Shown piece by piece: positions 45,964 to 59,049 of a DNA stretch of 64,000 bases. Positions within the stretch are counted from its first letter, which is position 1. Every line of letters starts with the position of its first letter. Both the position numbers and the translations under genes were made by a program. The stretch lies in assembly GCF_003334385.1 (NCBI RefSeq), contig NZ_QOWN01000012.1; one strand, 5' to 3'. Source of the stretch: Escherichia coli (lineage in GTDB: Bacteria; Pseudomonadota; Gammaproteobacteria; Enterobacterales; Enterobacteriaceae). The notes beneath the pieces are model-generated. The model worked only from the letters and a program-made list of their open reading frames with translations, searched no databases and was not told the origin of the DNA.

Positions 45964-46707
45964 ATGGCTATAGCACTTGTGACTGGTGGCAGTCGCGGCA
46001 TCGGGCGGGCAACTGCATTACTGTTGGCGCAAGAAGGGTATACGGTGGCGGTTAATTATCAGCAAAACCTCCACGCGGCGCAGGAAGTGATGAACTTAAT
46101 AACGCAAGCCGGTGGCAAAGCATTCGTGCTCCAGGCGGATATCAGCGACGAAAACCAGGTCGTTGCGATGTTTACAGCAATCGATCAGCACGATGAACCG
46201 CTAGCAGCGCTGGTCAATAACGCCGGGATCTTGTTTACCCAGTGCACCGTTGAAAACCTTACCGCAGAGCGAATCAACCGAGTACTTTCCACCAACGTGA
46301 CGGGATATTTTCTCTGCTGCCGCGAGGCGGTAAAACGCATGGCGCTTAAAAATGGTGGCAGTGGCGGCGCTATCGTCAATGTCTCTTCGGTGGCCTCACG
46401 GTTGGGTTCGCCAGGGGAATATGTTGATTACGCGGCATCGAAAGGGGCGATTGATACGTTAACCACCGGACTATCGCTGGAAGTCGCCGCGCAGGGGATC
46501 CGCGTTAACTGCGTGCGGCCAGGGTTTATTTATACCGAAATGCACGCCAGCGGCGGCGAGCCTGGACGCGTCGATCGCGTTAAGTCGAACATCCCCATGC
46601 AGCGTGGTGGACAGGCAGAAGAGGTCGCGCAGGCCATTGTCTGGCTACTAAGTGATAAAGCCTCTTACGTCACGGGAAGTTTTATCGATTTGGCGGGCGG
46701 GAAATAA
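45964..46707 (+). CDS. ygfF: short-chain dehydrogenase/reductase, function unknown
   Basis: 247-aa ORF with SDR glycine motif TGGSRGIGRA and an SDR-like catalytic Tyr-Lys pair (YAASK). Confidence 0.8.
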   Translation: MAIALVTGGSRGIGRATALLLAQEGYTVAVNYQQNLHAAQEVMNLITQAGGKAFVLQADISDENQVVAMFTAIDQHDEPLAALVNNAGILFTQCTVENLTAERINRVLSTNVTGYFLCCREAVKRMALKNGGSGGAIVNVSSVASRLGSPGEYVDYAASKGAIDTLTTGLSLEVAAQGIRVNCVRPGFIYTEMHASGGEPGRVDRVKSNIPMQRGGQAEEVAQAIVWLLSDKASYVTGSFIDLAGGK

Positions 46708-46763
46708 AACAGGGAAGTTGTCTGACCGGATGCAACAAGTATTGCATCCGGTACTTCATCGAC

Positions 46764-48224
<1,461 letters not shown>

Positions 48225-48241
48225 TTACAGGAAATAGTACC

Positions 48242-48553
48242 ATGCAGCCAAACGACATCACTTTTTTTCAACGTTTCCAGGATGACATTCTGGCTGGGCG
48301 TAAAACCATCACCATCCGCGACGAGTCTGAATCGCACTTCAAAACGGGTGATGTGCTTCGTGTCGGACGTTTTGAAGATGACGGTTATTTTTGCACGATT
48401 GAAGTCACCGCAACCTCAACCGTAACGCTGGATACGCTGACTGAAAAACATGCAGAGCAGGAAAATATGACCCTGACTGAACTGAAAAAAGTCATTGCTG
48501 ACATCTATCCCGGTCAGACACAATTTTATGTGATTGAATTTAAATGTCTTTAA
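48242..48553 (+). CDS. yqfB: ASCH-domain protein (N4-acetylcytidine amidohydrolase-like)
   Basis: 103-aa [37 protein letters not shown]... Confidence 0.75.
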   Translation: MQPNDITFFQRFQDDILAGRKTITIRDESESHFKTGDVLRVGRFEDDGYFCTIEVTATSTVTLDTLTEKHAEQENMTLTELKKVIADIYPGQTQFYVIEFKCL

Positions 48554-48713
48554 ATTGAACTCACGCCTGTTAGTTGAAATTTCGCATTTAATTTCATGAT
48601 TTTTAGGAGATTAGTCTCAAATCAGAATTTATTTTAGCTAACAGGTGTTCACTGGAACTATTCTCAGTTACGCTGGAGAGGTATACATGTGCGTGTACGT
48701 TTCTCCGGAGTAA

Positions 48714-49376
<663 letters not shown>

Positions 49377-49384
49377 TGGGTATG

Positions 49385-49566
49385 CCTTTGTAGGCCTGAT
49401 AAGACGCGCCAGCGTCGCATCAGGCATCGGAGCACAACTGCCGGATTCGGCGTGAACGCCTTATCCGATCTACGGGCCTCGTCCCTGTTGTGATAAAGGC
49501 ATCAAATCCCAGACATGATAAGACGCGCCAGCGTCGCATCAGGCGATAAATGCCTGATGCGATAAA
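49385..49566. repeat. BIME cluster: at least three REP units in alternating orientation
   Basis: REP cores at about 49391-49426, 49441-49472 and 49515-49545 between convergent yqfA and ygfZ. Confidence 0.7.
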
Positions 49567-49571
49567 GAGAT

Positions 49572-50552
49572 TTACTCTTCGAGCGAATACGGCAGCGGCT
49601 CGATATGCAATGTATTCGCATCGTCGCGTACGCGGAAGATGCTATCCGGTTCCATATCGTTATTCATGACGACCTGTACCACGACCTGACCATCTTCCAG
49701 TTTTACCGCAGCCAGTACCGTACCGGTACGACGCCAGTTCTCGCCCATTTTCAGCTCTAAGTCTTCACCAGCTTCCGGCAGTCGGCTGGCGCTACCTGCC
49801 AGCAACCAGAGCGCACGTTTATTGGCACCACGGAATTTTGCTCGCGCCACCATCTCTTGTCCGGTATAACAGCCTTTCTTAAAGCTGATACCGCCCAGCG
49901 CCTGGAGATTGGTCGCCTGTGGGATAAACTGCCCGCTGTTGGCGGCATCAATCACCGGGAAACCCGCTTCAATGTTTAATGCCAGCCACTGTTGGCTATT
50001 GTTCAGTTCCGCTTCACCGCGCAGTTTATCGGTCAGCATATTAGCAGTAGCTTCATCGGTTACGATCAGGAAACGTTCTGCCGGGTGTTCAAACCATAGC
50101 AAAGTGGTCGCGCCTTCTTTGACTACCTGTTTTTCTTTCGAAGGCAGTTCGCTAAAGAGATTTGCCAGCGCGGCGCGCGCCTGAAAACCGGCAACACCAA
50201 GCAGCACACGCTCGTCGTCTGGCGCGATGGTCACTTTAGAGAATACCGCATATTTTTTCAGTTCAGTCAGCTGCGGTTCACGCACGCTGCGCCGTTCAAT
50301 CCATGCAAAGCCATCGCCGTCGCGGAACAGACGTAAATTGCTCCACATTTTACCTTTGGCGTCGCAATGGGCGGCGAGCAGGTGCTGATCTTCTGCCATC
50401 TGGCTGACATCTGCTGTCACCTGACCCTGCATATATTTTTCGCTGTCCGCGCCAGTAATGGTGGCAAGCGCCCAGTCATCAAGCGTCATCAGCGTCAGCG
50501 GTAAACGGGCAGAAGCCGTAGGCTGACGGGGAGGAAAAGGTGTAAAAGCCAT
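49572..50552 (-). CDS. ygfZ: tRNA-modifying / Fe-S cluster repair folate-binding protein YgfZ
   Basis: 326-aa [37 protein letters not shown]...; GcvT-like fold by recognition. Confidence 0.85.
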   Translation of the reverse strand: MAFTPFPPRQPTASARLPLTLMTLDDWALATITGADSEKYMQGQVTADVSQMAEDQHLLAAHCDAKGKMWSNLRLFRDGDGFAWIERRSVREPQLTELKKYAVFSKVTIAPDDERVLLGVAGFQARAALANLFSELPSKEKQVVKEGATTLLWFEHPAERFLIVTDEATANMLTDKLRGEAELNNSQQWLALNIEAGFPVIDAANSGQFIPQATNLQALGGISFKKGCYTGQEMVARAKFRGANKRALWLLAGSASRLPEAGEDLELKMGENWRRTGTVLAAVKLEDGQVVVQVVMNNDMEPDSIFRVRDDANTLHIEPLPYSLEE

Positions 50553-50782
50553 AATAGAGTCCTGAGTTGCTTAACGGCGTATTAATGACTAATGGTAAAA
50601 GAGCTATGAGGCAATGCAAGTGCTTTCACTACGCGATCTGTGCCTTCTGCGAGGCGACTTCCAAAAAAATGAAGCCATTGAATTGTTGTGAATTAATTTC
50701 GCGATCGCGATGGTGTTTACTGATATTCCCGTAAAAGAAGGCGAAAAACACGTTACAATAGCCGGGTACTGGATTTTCGTGA

Positions 50783-51449
<667 letters not shown>

Positions 51450-51488
51450 AGATGACGGCAAAGCATATGCGCTAAGCCGTCAGTGAGA

Positions 51489-52010
51489 TCAGGCGTAATG
51501 CTCTGCCATTTCGTTGAGGATTTGCTCGCACCAGCTCTGAATACGCTCGTCGCTAAGGTCATACTGGTTAGTTTCATCCAGCGCCAGACCCACGAACAGT
51601 TGCCCGTCAGCAATCACCGGTTTCGGGCTGGTAAATTCATATCCTTCCGTTGGCCAGTAGCCGACGAACTTCACGCCTTTGGTCGAGAGTTTGTCATGCA
51701 GCATACCGAGCGCATCGAGGAACCACTCGCCGTATCCCAGTTGATCGCCAAGCCCATACAGCGCAACAATTTTACCTTCAAGGTTCAGGTCGTCGAGCTG
51801 ATCCCAGACGGCTTCCCAGTCTTCCTGGATTTCACCAAAATCCCAGGTCGGGATACCCAGAATGAGCACATCGTACTGCTCCATTAATTTCGGGGAGTCG
51901 TCCTTGAGGTTATGTAAGGTCACCAGTTCTGGGCCGATAATATCGCGGATTTTTTCTGCCGCCATTTCGGTGTAACAGGTGCTGGAACCGTAAAAAAGAC
52001 CCATATTCAT
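51489..52010 (-). CDS. fldB: flavodoxin 2
   Basis: 173-aa [29 protein letters not shown]... Confidence 0.9.
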
Positions 52011-52121
52011 AACGTAAGCTTCTCGATTCTGCTGTGGCTTTTGCGGCTAGTGTATCAGAATCGCTTTAGTCACGGCACAATAAGGCATAATGGATCAAAT
52101 GAGTGACCATAAGGGGCGCAA

Positions 52122-53018
52122 GTGAAACAGGATCTGGCACGCATCGAGCAGTTTCTTGATGCTCTGTGGCTGGAAAAAAATCTGGCTGAAAATACGTTGA
52201 ACGCTTACCGTCGCGATCTGTCAATGATGGTGGAGTGGTTGCATCACCGCGGGTTGACGCTGGCGACGGCGCAAAGTGACGATTTGCAGGCATTACTGGC
52301 AGAACGGCTGGAGGGCGGGTATAAAGCCACCAGCTCAGCGCGTTTGCTGAGTGCAGTGCGCCGATTGTTCCAGTATCTTTATCGCGAAAAGTTTCGTGAA
52401 GACGATCCCAGTGCGCATCTCGCTTCACCGAAATTGCCCCAGCGTTTGCCAAAAGATTTAAGCGAAGCGCAGGTCGAACGTTTATTACAGGCACCATTAA
52501 TCGATCAGCCACTGGAGCTACGCGATAAAGCCATGCTTGAAGTGTTGTATGCTACCGGGCTGCGTGTCTCTGAACTGGTCGGACTGACAATGAGTGATAT
52601 CAGCCTGCGTCAGGGCGTGGTACGGGTCATTGGTAAAGGCAACAAAGAGCGTCTGGTGCCGTTAGGTGAAGAGGCGGTTTACTGGCTGGAAACCTATCTG
52701 GAACATGGGCGTCCGTGGCTGCTGAATGGTGTGTCAATTGACGTGTTGTTTCCCAGCCAGCGTGCGCAGCAGATGACGCGACAGACCTTCTGGCACCGTA
52801 TTAAACATTATGCTGTGCTGGCGGGTATCGACAGCGAAAAGCTGTCACCGCATGTGTTGCGTCACGCTTTTGCCACTCATTTATTAAATCATGGTGCGGA
52901 TTTACGCGTGGTGCAGATGCTACTGGGCCACAGCGATCTCTCCACCACGCAAATTTATACGCATGTCGCTACCGAGCGTCTGCGGCAACTTCATCAACAG
53001 CATCACCCGCGGGCGTGA
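52122..53018 (+). CDS. xerD: site-specific tyrosine recombinase XerD (chromosome dimer resolution)
   Basis: 298-aa ORF from GTG; catalytic R..HxxR..Y region (LRHAFATHLL ... IYTHV); housekeeping context, no adjacent mobile-element genes. Confidence 0.9.
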   Translation: MKQDLARIEQFLDALWLEKNLAENTLNAYRRDLSMMVEWLHHRGLTLATAQSDDLQALLAERLEGGYKATSSARLLSAVRRLFQYLYREKFREDDPSAHLASPKLPQRLPKDLSEAQVERLLQAPLIDQPLELRDKAMLEVLYATGLRVSELVGLTMSDISLRQGVVRVIGKGNKERLVPLGEEAVYWLETYLEHGRPWLLNGVSIDVLFPSQRAQQMTRQTFWHRIKHYAVLAGIDSEKLSPHVLRHAFATHLLNHGADLRVVQMLLGHSDLSTTQIYTHVATERLRQLHQQHHPRA

Positions 53019-53042
53019 TGTCTGAAAAGAACGGGAAGATTT

Positions 53043-53753
53043 ATGAAGAAAGGTTTTATGTTGTTTACTTTGTTAGCGGCGTTTTCAGGCTTTGCTCAGG
53101 CTGATGACGCGGCAATTCAACAAACGTTAGCCAAAATGGGCATCAAAAGCAGCGATATTCAGCCCGCGCCTGTAGCTGGCATGAAGACAGTTCTGACTAA
53201 CAGCGGCGTGTTGTACATCACCGATGATGGTAAACATATCATTCAGGGGCCAATGTATGACGTTAGTGGCACGGCTCCGGTCAATGTCACCAATAAGATG
53301 CTGTTAAAGCAGTTGAATGCGCTTGAAAAAGAGATGATCGTTTATAAAGCGCCGCAGGAAAAACACGTCATCACCGTGTTTACTGATATTACCTGTGGCT
53401 ACTGCCACAAACTGCATGAGCAAATGGCAGACTACAACGCGCTGGGGATCACCGTGCGTTATCTTGCTTTCCCGCGCCAGGGGCTGGACAGCGATGCAGA
53501 GAAAGAAATGAAAGCTATCTGGTGTGCGAAAGATAAAAACAAAGCGTTTGATGATGTGATGGCAGGTAAAAGCGTCGCACCAGCCAGTTGCGACGTGGAT
53601 ATTGCCGACCATTACGCACTTGGCGTCCAGCTTGGCGTTAGCGGTACTCCGGCAGTTGTGCTGAGCAATGGCACACTTGTTCCGGGTTACCAGCCGCCGA
53701 AAGAGATGAAAGAATTCCTCGACGAACACCAAAAAATGACCAGCGGTAAATAA
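53043..53753 (+). CDS. dsbC: periplasmic disulfide isomerase DsbC
   Basis: 236-aa ORF with signal peptide and CGYC active site. Confidence 0.9.
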   Translation: MKKGFMLFTLLAAFSGFAQADDAAIQQTLAKMGIKSSDIQPAPVAGMKTVLTNSGVLYITDDGKHIIQGPMYDVSGTAPVNVTNKMLLKQLNALEKEMIVYKAPQEKHVITVFTDITCGYCHKLHEQMADYNALGITVRYLAFPRQGLDSDAEKEMKAIWCAKDKNKAFDDVMAGKSVAPASCDVDIADHYALGVQLGVSGTPAVVLSNGTLVPGYQPPKEMKEFLDEHQKMTSGK

Positions 53754-53758
53754 TTCGC

Positions 53759-55492
53759 GTGAAACAACAGATACAACTTCGTCGCCGTGAAGTCGATGAA
53801 ACGGCAGACTTGCCCGCTGAATTGCCTCCCTTGCTGCGCCGTTTATACGCCAGCCGGGGAGTACGCAGTGCGCAAGAACTGGAACGCAGTGTTAAAGGTA
53901 TGCTGCCCTGGCAGCAACTGAGCGGCGTCGAAAAGGCCGTTGAGATCCTTTACAACGCTTTTCGCGAAGGAACGCGGATTATTGTGGTCGGTGATTTCGA
54001 CGCCGACGGCGCGACCAGCACGGCTCTAAGCGTGCTGGCGATGCGCTCGCTTGGTTGCAGCAATATCGACTACCTGGTACCAAACCGTTTCGAAGACGGT
54101 TACGGCTTAAGCCCGGAAGTGGTCGATCAGGCCCATGCCCGTGGCGCGCAGTTAATTGTCACGGTGGATAACGGTATTTCCTCCCATGCGGGGGTTGAGC
54201 ACGCTCGCTCGTTGGGCATCCCGGTTATTGTTACCGATCACCATTTGCCAGGCGACACATTACCCGCAGCGGAAGCGATCATTAACCCTAACTTGCGCGA
54301 CTGTAATTTCCCGTCGAAATCACTGGCAGGCGTGGGTGTGGCGTTTTATCTGATGCTGGCGCTGCGCACCTTTTTGCGCGATCAGGGCTGGTTTGATGAG
54401 CGTAACATCGCAATTCCTAACCTGGCAGAACTGCTGGATCTGGTCGCGCTGGGGACAGTGGCGGACGTCGTGCCGCTGGACGCTAATAATCGCATTCTGA
54501 CCTGGCAGGGGATGAGTCGCATCCGAGCCGGAAAGTGCCGTCCGGGGATTAAAGCGCTGCTTGAAGTGGCAAACCGTGATGCACAAAAACTCGCCGCCAG
54601 CGATTTAGGTTTTGCGCTGGGGCCACGTCTCAATGCTGCCGGACGACTGGACGATATGTCCGTCGGTGTGGCGCTGTTGTTGTGCGACAACATCGGCGAA
54701 GCGCGCGTGCTGGCAAATGAACTCGATGCGCTAAACCAGACGCGAAAAGAGATCGAACAAGGAATGCAAATTGAAGCCCTGACCCTGTGCGAGAAACTGG
54801 AGCGCAGCCGTGACACGCTACCCGGCGGGCTGGCAATGTATCACCCCGAATGGCATCAGGGCGTTGTCGGTATTCTGGCTTCGCGCATCAAAGAGCGTTT
54901 TCACCGTCCGGTTATCGCGTTTGCGCCAGCAGGTGACGGTACGCTGAAAGGTTCCGGTCGCTCCATTCAGGGGCTGCATATGCGTGATGCGCTGGAGCGA
55001 TTAGACACACTCTACCCTGGCATGATGCTGAAGTTTGGCGGTCATGCGATGGCGGCGGGTTTGTCGCTGGAAGAGGATAAATTCAAACTCTTTCAACAAC
55101 GGTTTGGCGAACTGGTTACTGAGTGGCTGGACCCTTCGCTATTGCAAGGCGAAGTGGTATCAGACGGTCCGTTAAGCCCGGCCGAAATGACCATGGAAGT
55201 GGCGCAGCTGCTGCGCGATGCTGGCCCGTGGGGGCAGATGTTCCCGGAGCCGCTGTTTGACGGTCATTTCCGTCTGCTGCAACAGCGGCTGGTGGGCGAA
55301 CGTCATTTGAAGGTGATGGTCGAACCGGTCGGCGGCGGTCCACTGCTGGATGGTATTGCTTTTAATGTCGATACCGCCCTCTGGCCGGATAACGGCGTGC
55401 GCGAAGTGCAACTGGCTTATAAGCTCGATATCAACGAGTTTCGCGGCAACCGCAGCCTGCAAATTATCATCGACAATATCTGGCCAATTTAG
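53759..55492 (+). CDS. recJ: ssDNA-specific 5'-3' exonuclease RecJ
   Basis: 577-aa ORF from GTG; DHH phosphoesterase motifs (VVGDFDADG, DHH). Confidence 0.9.
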   Translation: MKQQIQLRRREVDETADLPAELPPLLRRLYASRGVRSAQELERSVKGMLPWQQLSGVEKAVEILYNAFREGTRIIVVGDFDADGATSTALSVLAMRSLGCSNIDYLVPNRFEDGYGLSPEVVDQAHARGAQLIVTVDNGISSHAGVEHARSLGIPVIVTDHHLPGDTLPAAEAIINPNLRDCNFPSKSLAGVGVAFYLMLALRTFLRDQGWFDERNIAIPNLAELLDLVALGTVADVVPLDANNRILTWQGMSRIRAGKCRPGIKALLEVANRDAQKLAASDLGFALGPRLNAAGRLDDMSVGVALLLCDNIGEARVLANELDALNQTRKEIEQGMQIEALTLCEKLERSRDTLPGGLAMYHPEWHQGVVGILASRIKERFHRPVIAFAPAGDGTLKGSGRSIQGLHMRDALERLDTLYPGMMLKFGGHAMAAGLSLEEDKFKLFQQRFGELVTEWLDPSLLQGEVVSDGPLSPAEMTMEVAQLLRDAGPWGQMFPEPLFDGHFRLLQQRLVGERHLKVMVEPVGGGPLLDGIAFNVDTALWPDNGVREVQLAYKLDINEFRGNRSLQIIIDNIWPI

Positions 55493-55582
55493 CGTCATCT
55501 TCTCTATAAAAAAGAGCGTGGATTGGGTACAATCCCGCTCTTATCACCGCATTTTGACTAGCTCAATAAAAGAAATCAGACC

Positions 55583-56681
55583 ATGTTTGAAATTAATCCG
55601 GTAAATAATCGCATTCAGGACCTCACGGAACGCTCCGACGTTCTTAGGGGGTATCTTTGACTACGACGCCAAGAAAGAGCGTCTGGAAGAAGTAAACGCC
55701 GAGCTGGAACAGCCGGATGTCTGGAACGAACCCGAACGCGCACAGGCGCTGGGTAAAGAGCGTTCCTCCCTCGAAGCCGTTGTCGACACCCTCGACCAAA
55801 TGAAACAGGGGCTGGAAGATGTTTCTGGTCTGCTGGAACTGGCTGTAGAAGCTGACGACGAAGAAACCTTTAACGAAGCCGTTGCTGAACTCGACGCCCT
55901 GGAAGAAAAACTGGCGCAGCTTGAGTTCCGCCGTATGTTCTCTGGCGAATATGACAGCGCCGACTGCTACCTCGATATTCAGGCGGGGTCTGGCGGTACG
56001 GAAGCACAGGACTGGGCGAGCATGCTTGAGCGTATGTATCTGCGCTGGGCAGAATCGCGTGGTTTCAAAACTGAAATCATCGAAGAGTCGGAAGGTGAAG
56101 TGGCGGGTATTAAATCCGTGACGATCAAAATCTCCGGCGATTACGCTTACGGCTGGCTGCGTACAGAAACCGGCGTTCACCGCCTGGTGCGTAAAAGCCC
56201 GTTTGACTCCGGCGGTCGTCGCCACACGTCGTTCAGCTCCGCGTTTGTTTATCCGGAAGTTGATGATGATATTGATATCGAAATCAACCCGGCGGATCTG
56301 CGCATTGACGTTTATCGCGCGTCCGGCGCGGGCGGTCAGCACGTTAACCGTACCGAATCTGCGGTGCGTATTACCCACATCCCGACCGGGATCGTGACCC
56401 AGTGCCAGAACGACCGTTCCCAGCACAAGAACAAAGATCAGGCCATGAAGCAGATGAAAGCGAAGCTTTATGAACTGGAGATGCAGAAGAAAAATGCCGA
56501 GAAACAGGCGATGGAAGATAACAAATCCGACATCGGCTGGGGCAGCCAGATTCGTTCTTATGTCCTTGATGACTCCCGCATTAAAGATCTGCGCACCGGG
56601 GTAGAAACCCGCAACACGCAGGCCGTGCTGGACGGCAGCCTGGATCAATTTATCGAAGCAAGTTTGAAAGCAGGGTTATGA
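55583..56681 (+). CDS. prfB: peptide chain release factor 2, expressed through a programmed +1 frameshift: join(55583..55657, 55659..56681)
   Basis: Frame 0 gives [25 protein letters not shown] then an in-frame TGA at 55658-55660; the +1 frame continues [11 protein letters not shown]... into ORF 55800..56681 with the GGQ motif; total 365 aa. Confidence 0.9.
55646..55661 (+). other. prfB +1 frameshift site: internal SD-like AGGGGG, then TAT CTT TGA C
   Basis: AGGGGG at 55646-55651, 3 nt before the CUU slippery codon (55655-55657) and in-frame UGA (55658-55660). Confidence 0.85.
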
Positions 56682-56690
56682 GGAACCAAC

Positions 56691-58208
56691 ATGTCTGAAC
56701 AACACGCACAGGGCGCTGACGCGGTAGTCGATCTTAACAATGAACTGAAAACGCGTCGTGAGAAGCTGGCGAACCTGCGCGAGCAGGGGATTGCCTTCCC
56801 GAACGATTTCCGTCGCGATCATACCTCTGACCAATTGCACGCAGAATTCGACGGCAAAGAGAACGAAGAACTGGAAGCGCTGAACATCGAAGTCGCCGTT
56901 GCTGGCCGCATGATGACCCGTCGTATTATGGGTAAAGCGTCTTTCGTTACCCTGCAGGACGTTGGCGGTCGCATTCAGCTGTACGTTGCCCGTGACGATC
57001 TCCCGGAAGGCGTTTATAACGAGCAGTTCAAAAAATGGGACCTCGGCGACATCCTCGGCGCGAAAGGTAAGCTGTTCAAAACCAAAACCGGCGAACTGTC
57101 TATCCACTGCACCGAGTTGCGTCTGCTGACCAAAGCACTGCGTCCGCTGCCGGATAAATTCCACGGCTTGCAGGATCAGGAAGCGCGCTATCGTCAGCGT
57201 TATCTCGATCTCATCTCCAACGATGAATCCCGCAACACCTTTAAAGTGCGCTCGCAGATCCTCTCTGGTATTCGCCAGTTCATGGTGAACCGCGGCTTTA
57301 TGGAAGTTGAAACGCCGATGATGCAGGTGATCCCTGGCGGTGCCGCTGCGCGTCCGTTTATCACCCACCATAACGCGCTGGATCTCGACATGTACCTGCG
57401 TATCGCGCCGGAACTGTACCTCAAGCGTCTGGTGGTTGGTGGCTTCGAGCGTGTATTCGAAATCAACCGTAACTTCCGTAACGAAGGTATTTCCGTACGT
57501 CATAACCCAGAGTTCACCATGATGGAACTCTACATGGCTTACGCAGATTACAAAGATCTGATCGAGCTGACCGAATCGCTGTTCCGTACTCTGGCACAGG
57601 ATATTCTCGGTAAGACGGAAGTGACCTACGGCGACGTGACGCTGGACTTCGGTAAACCGTTCGAAAAACTGACCATGCGTGAAGCGATCAAGAAATATCG
57701 CCCGGAAACCGACATGGCGGATCTGGACAACTTCGACTCTGCGAAAGCAATTGCTGAATCTATCGGCATCCACGTTGAGAAGAGCTGGGGTCTGGGCCGT
57801 ATCGTTACCGAGATCTTCGAAGAAGTGGCAGAAGCACATCTGATTCAGCCGACCTTCATTACTGAATATCCGGCAGAAGTTTCTCCGCTGGCGCGTCGTA
57901 ACGACGTTAACCCGGAAATCACAGACCGCTTTGAGTTCTTCATTGGTGGTCGTGAAATCGGTAACGGCTTTAGCGAGCTGAATGACGCGGAAGATCAGGC
58001 GCAACGCTTCCTGGATCAGGTTGCCGCGAAAGACGCAGGTGACGACGAAGCGATGTTCTACGATGAAGATTACGTCACCGCACTGGAACATGGCTTACCG
58101 CCGACAGCAGGTCTGGGAATTGGTATCGACCGTATGGTAATGCTGTTCACCAACAGCCATACCATCCGCGACGTTATTCTGTTCCCGGCGATGCGTCCGG
58201 TAAAATAA
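56691..58208 (+). CDS. lysS: lysyl-tRNA synthetase (constitutive)
   Basis: 505-aa [36 protein letters not shown]... Confidence 0.95.
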
Positions 58209-58226
58209 GCATTACGTTATGCTCAC

Positions 58227-58255
58227 AACCCCGGCAAATGTCGGGGTTTTTTTAT
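58227..58255. terminator. shared terminator for convergent lysS and idi
   Basis: ccccg gcaaatgt cgggg followed by ttttttt on the plus strand and preceded by an A-rich tract; overlaps the idi stop codon. Confidence 0.5.
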
Positions 58256-58800
58256 TTAAGCTGGGTAAATGCAGATAATCGTTTTCTGGCTTCGCGATTT
58301 GTCGCCTGCATCACCATCCACGGACTGAACGCCCACGGCGTGGCATCAATACCGTGTAATACATCTGCTAAATCACACCATTGATAATCCATCACTTCAT
58401 CATCATTGATCTGTAACGCACTAGTGGTGCGTGCGGCAAATACCGGACACACTTCATTTTCCACAATGCCACTCGGATCGGTGGCGCGGTAGCGAAAGTC
58501 AGGATAGATAGATTCAGGAGGCGTAATTTCCACGCCAAGCTCATAACGGCAACGGCGGATCACTGCGTCTTCGTTGCTTTCTCCCAGTTGTGGGTGCCCA
58601 CAAACCGAGTTAGTCCACACGCCAGGCCATGCTTTTTTGCTCAGTGCGCGGCGGGTAACTAATAATTGTCCTTTGGCATTAAACAGCCAACTGGAGAACG
58701 CGAGATGTAAGCGGGTGTCTGCCGTGTGTGCGGCATACTTTTCCAGCGTACCCGTGGGAACTCCCTGTGCATTCAATAAAATGACGTGTTCCGTTTGCAT
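58252..58800 (-). CDS. idi: isopentenyl-diphosphate delta-isomerase (type 1, Nudix)
   Basis: 182-aa [44 protein letters not shown]... Confidence 0.9.
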   Translation of the reverse strand: MQTEHVILLNAQGVPTGTLEKYAAHTADTRLHLAFSSWLFNAKGQLLVTRRALSKKAWPGVWTNSVCGHPQLGESNEDAVIRRCRYELGVEITPPESIYPDFRYRATDPSGIVENEVCPVFAARTTSALQINDDEVMDYQWCDLADVLHGIDATPWAFSPWMVMQATNREARKRLSAFTQLK

Positions 58801-59049
58801 AATTTCTCACATGTAATTCTGATCACTCATCATTATAGATAATTGAAGAGTGAAATGATTAACCAAGTGAGCGTTTATCGACAACCGCCCGTTTTGAGCG
58901 GATGCCGACAGGTAAAAACCATTTAAAAAAGTAGCATCATATATTTGAAGCGACTTTCAATGGCCATTGCAACACAGTCAGAAATGACAGGAATAGAGAG
59001 AGTAAAAAGCAACAACAGACTGAATATAGCGCGCATTAAAAAATTCATA

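Noticed and set aside
52122-53018. Tyrosine recombinase as a marker of an integrated mobile element
   Set aside because: The protein is the housekeeping XerD with conserved neighbours (fldB, dsbC, recJ); there are no flanking att-like direct repeats, tRNA gene, phage or transposase genes, and composition is native.
56676-58091. 471-aa minus-strand ORF antisense to lysS; similar antisense ORFs occur opposite prfB (55644-56648), speB (8126-9142), pgk (19226-19924) and fbaA (20526-21500)
   Set aside because: All are fully contained in strongly supported genes on the other strand and show the composition of non-coding reverse frames.
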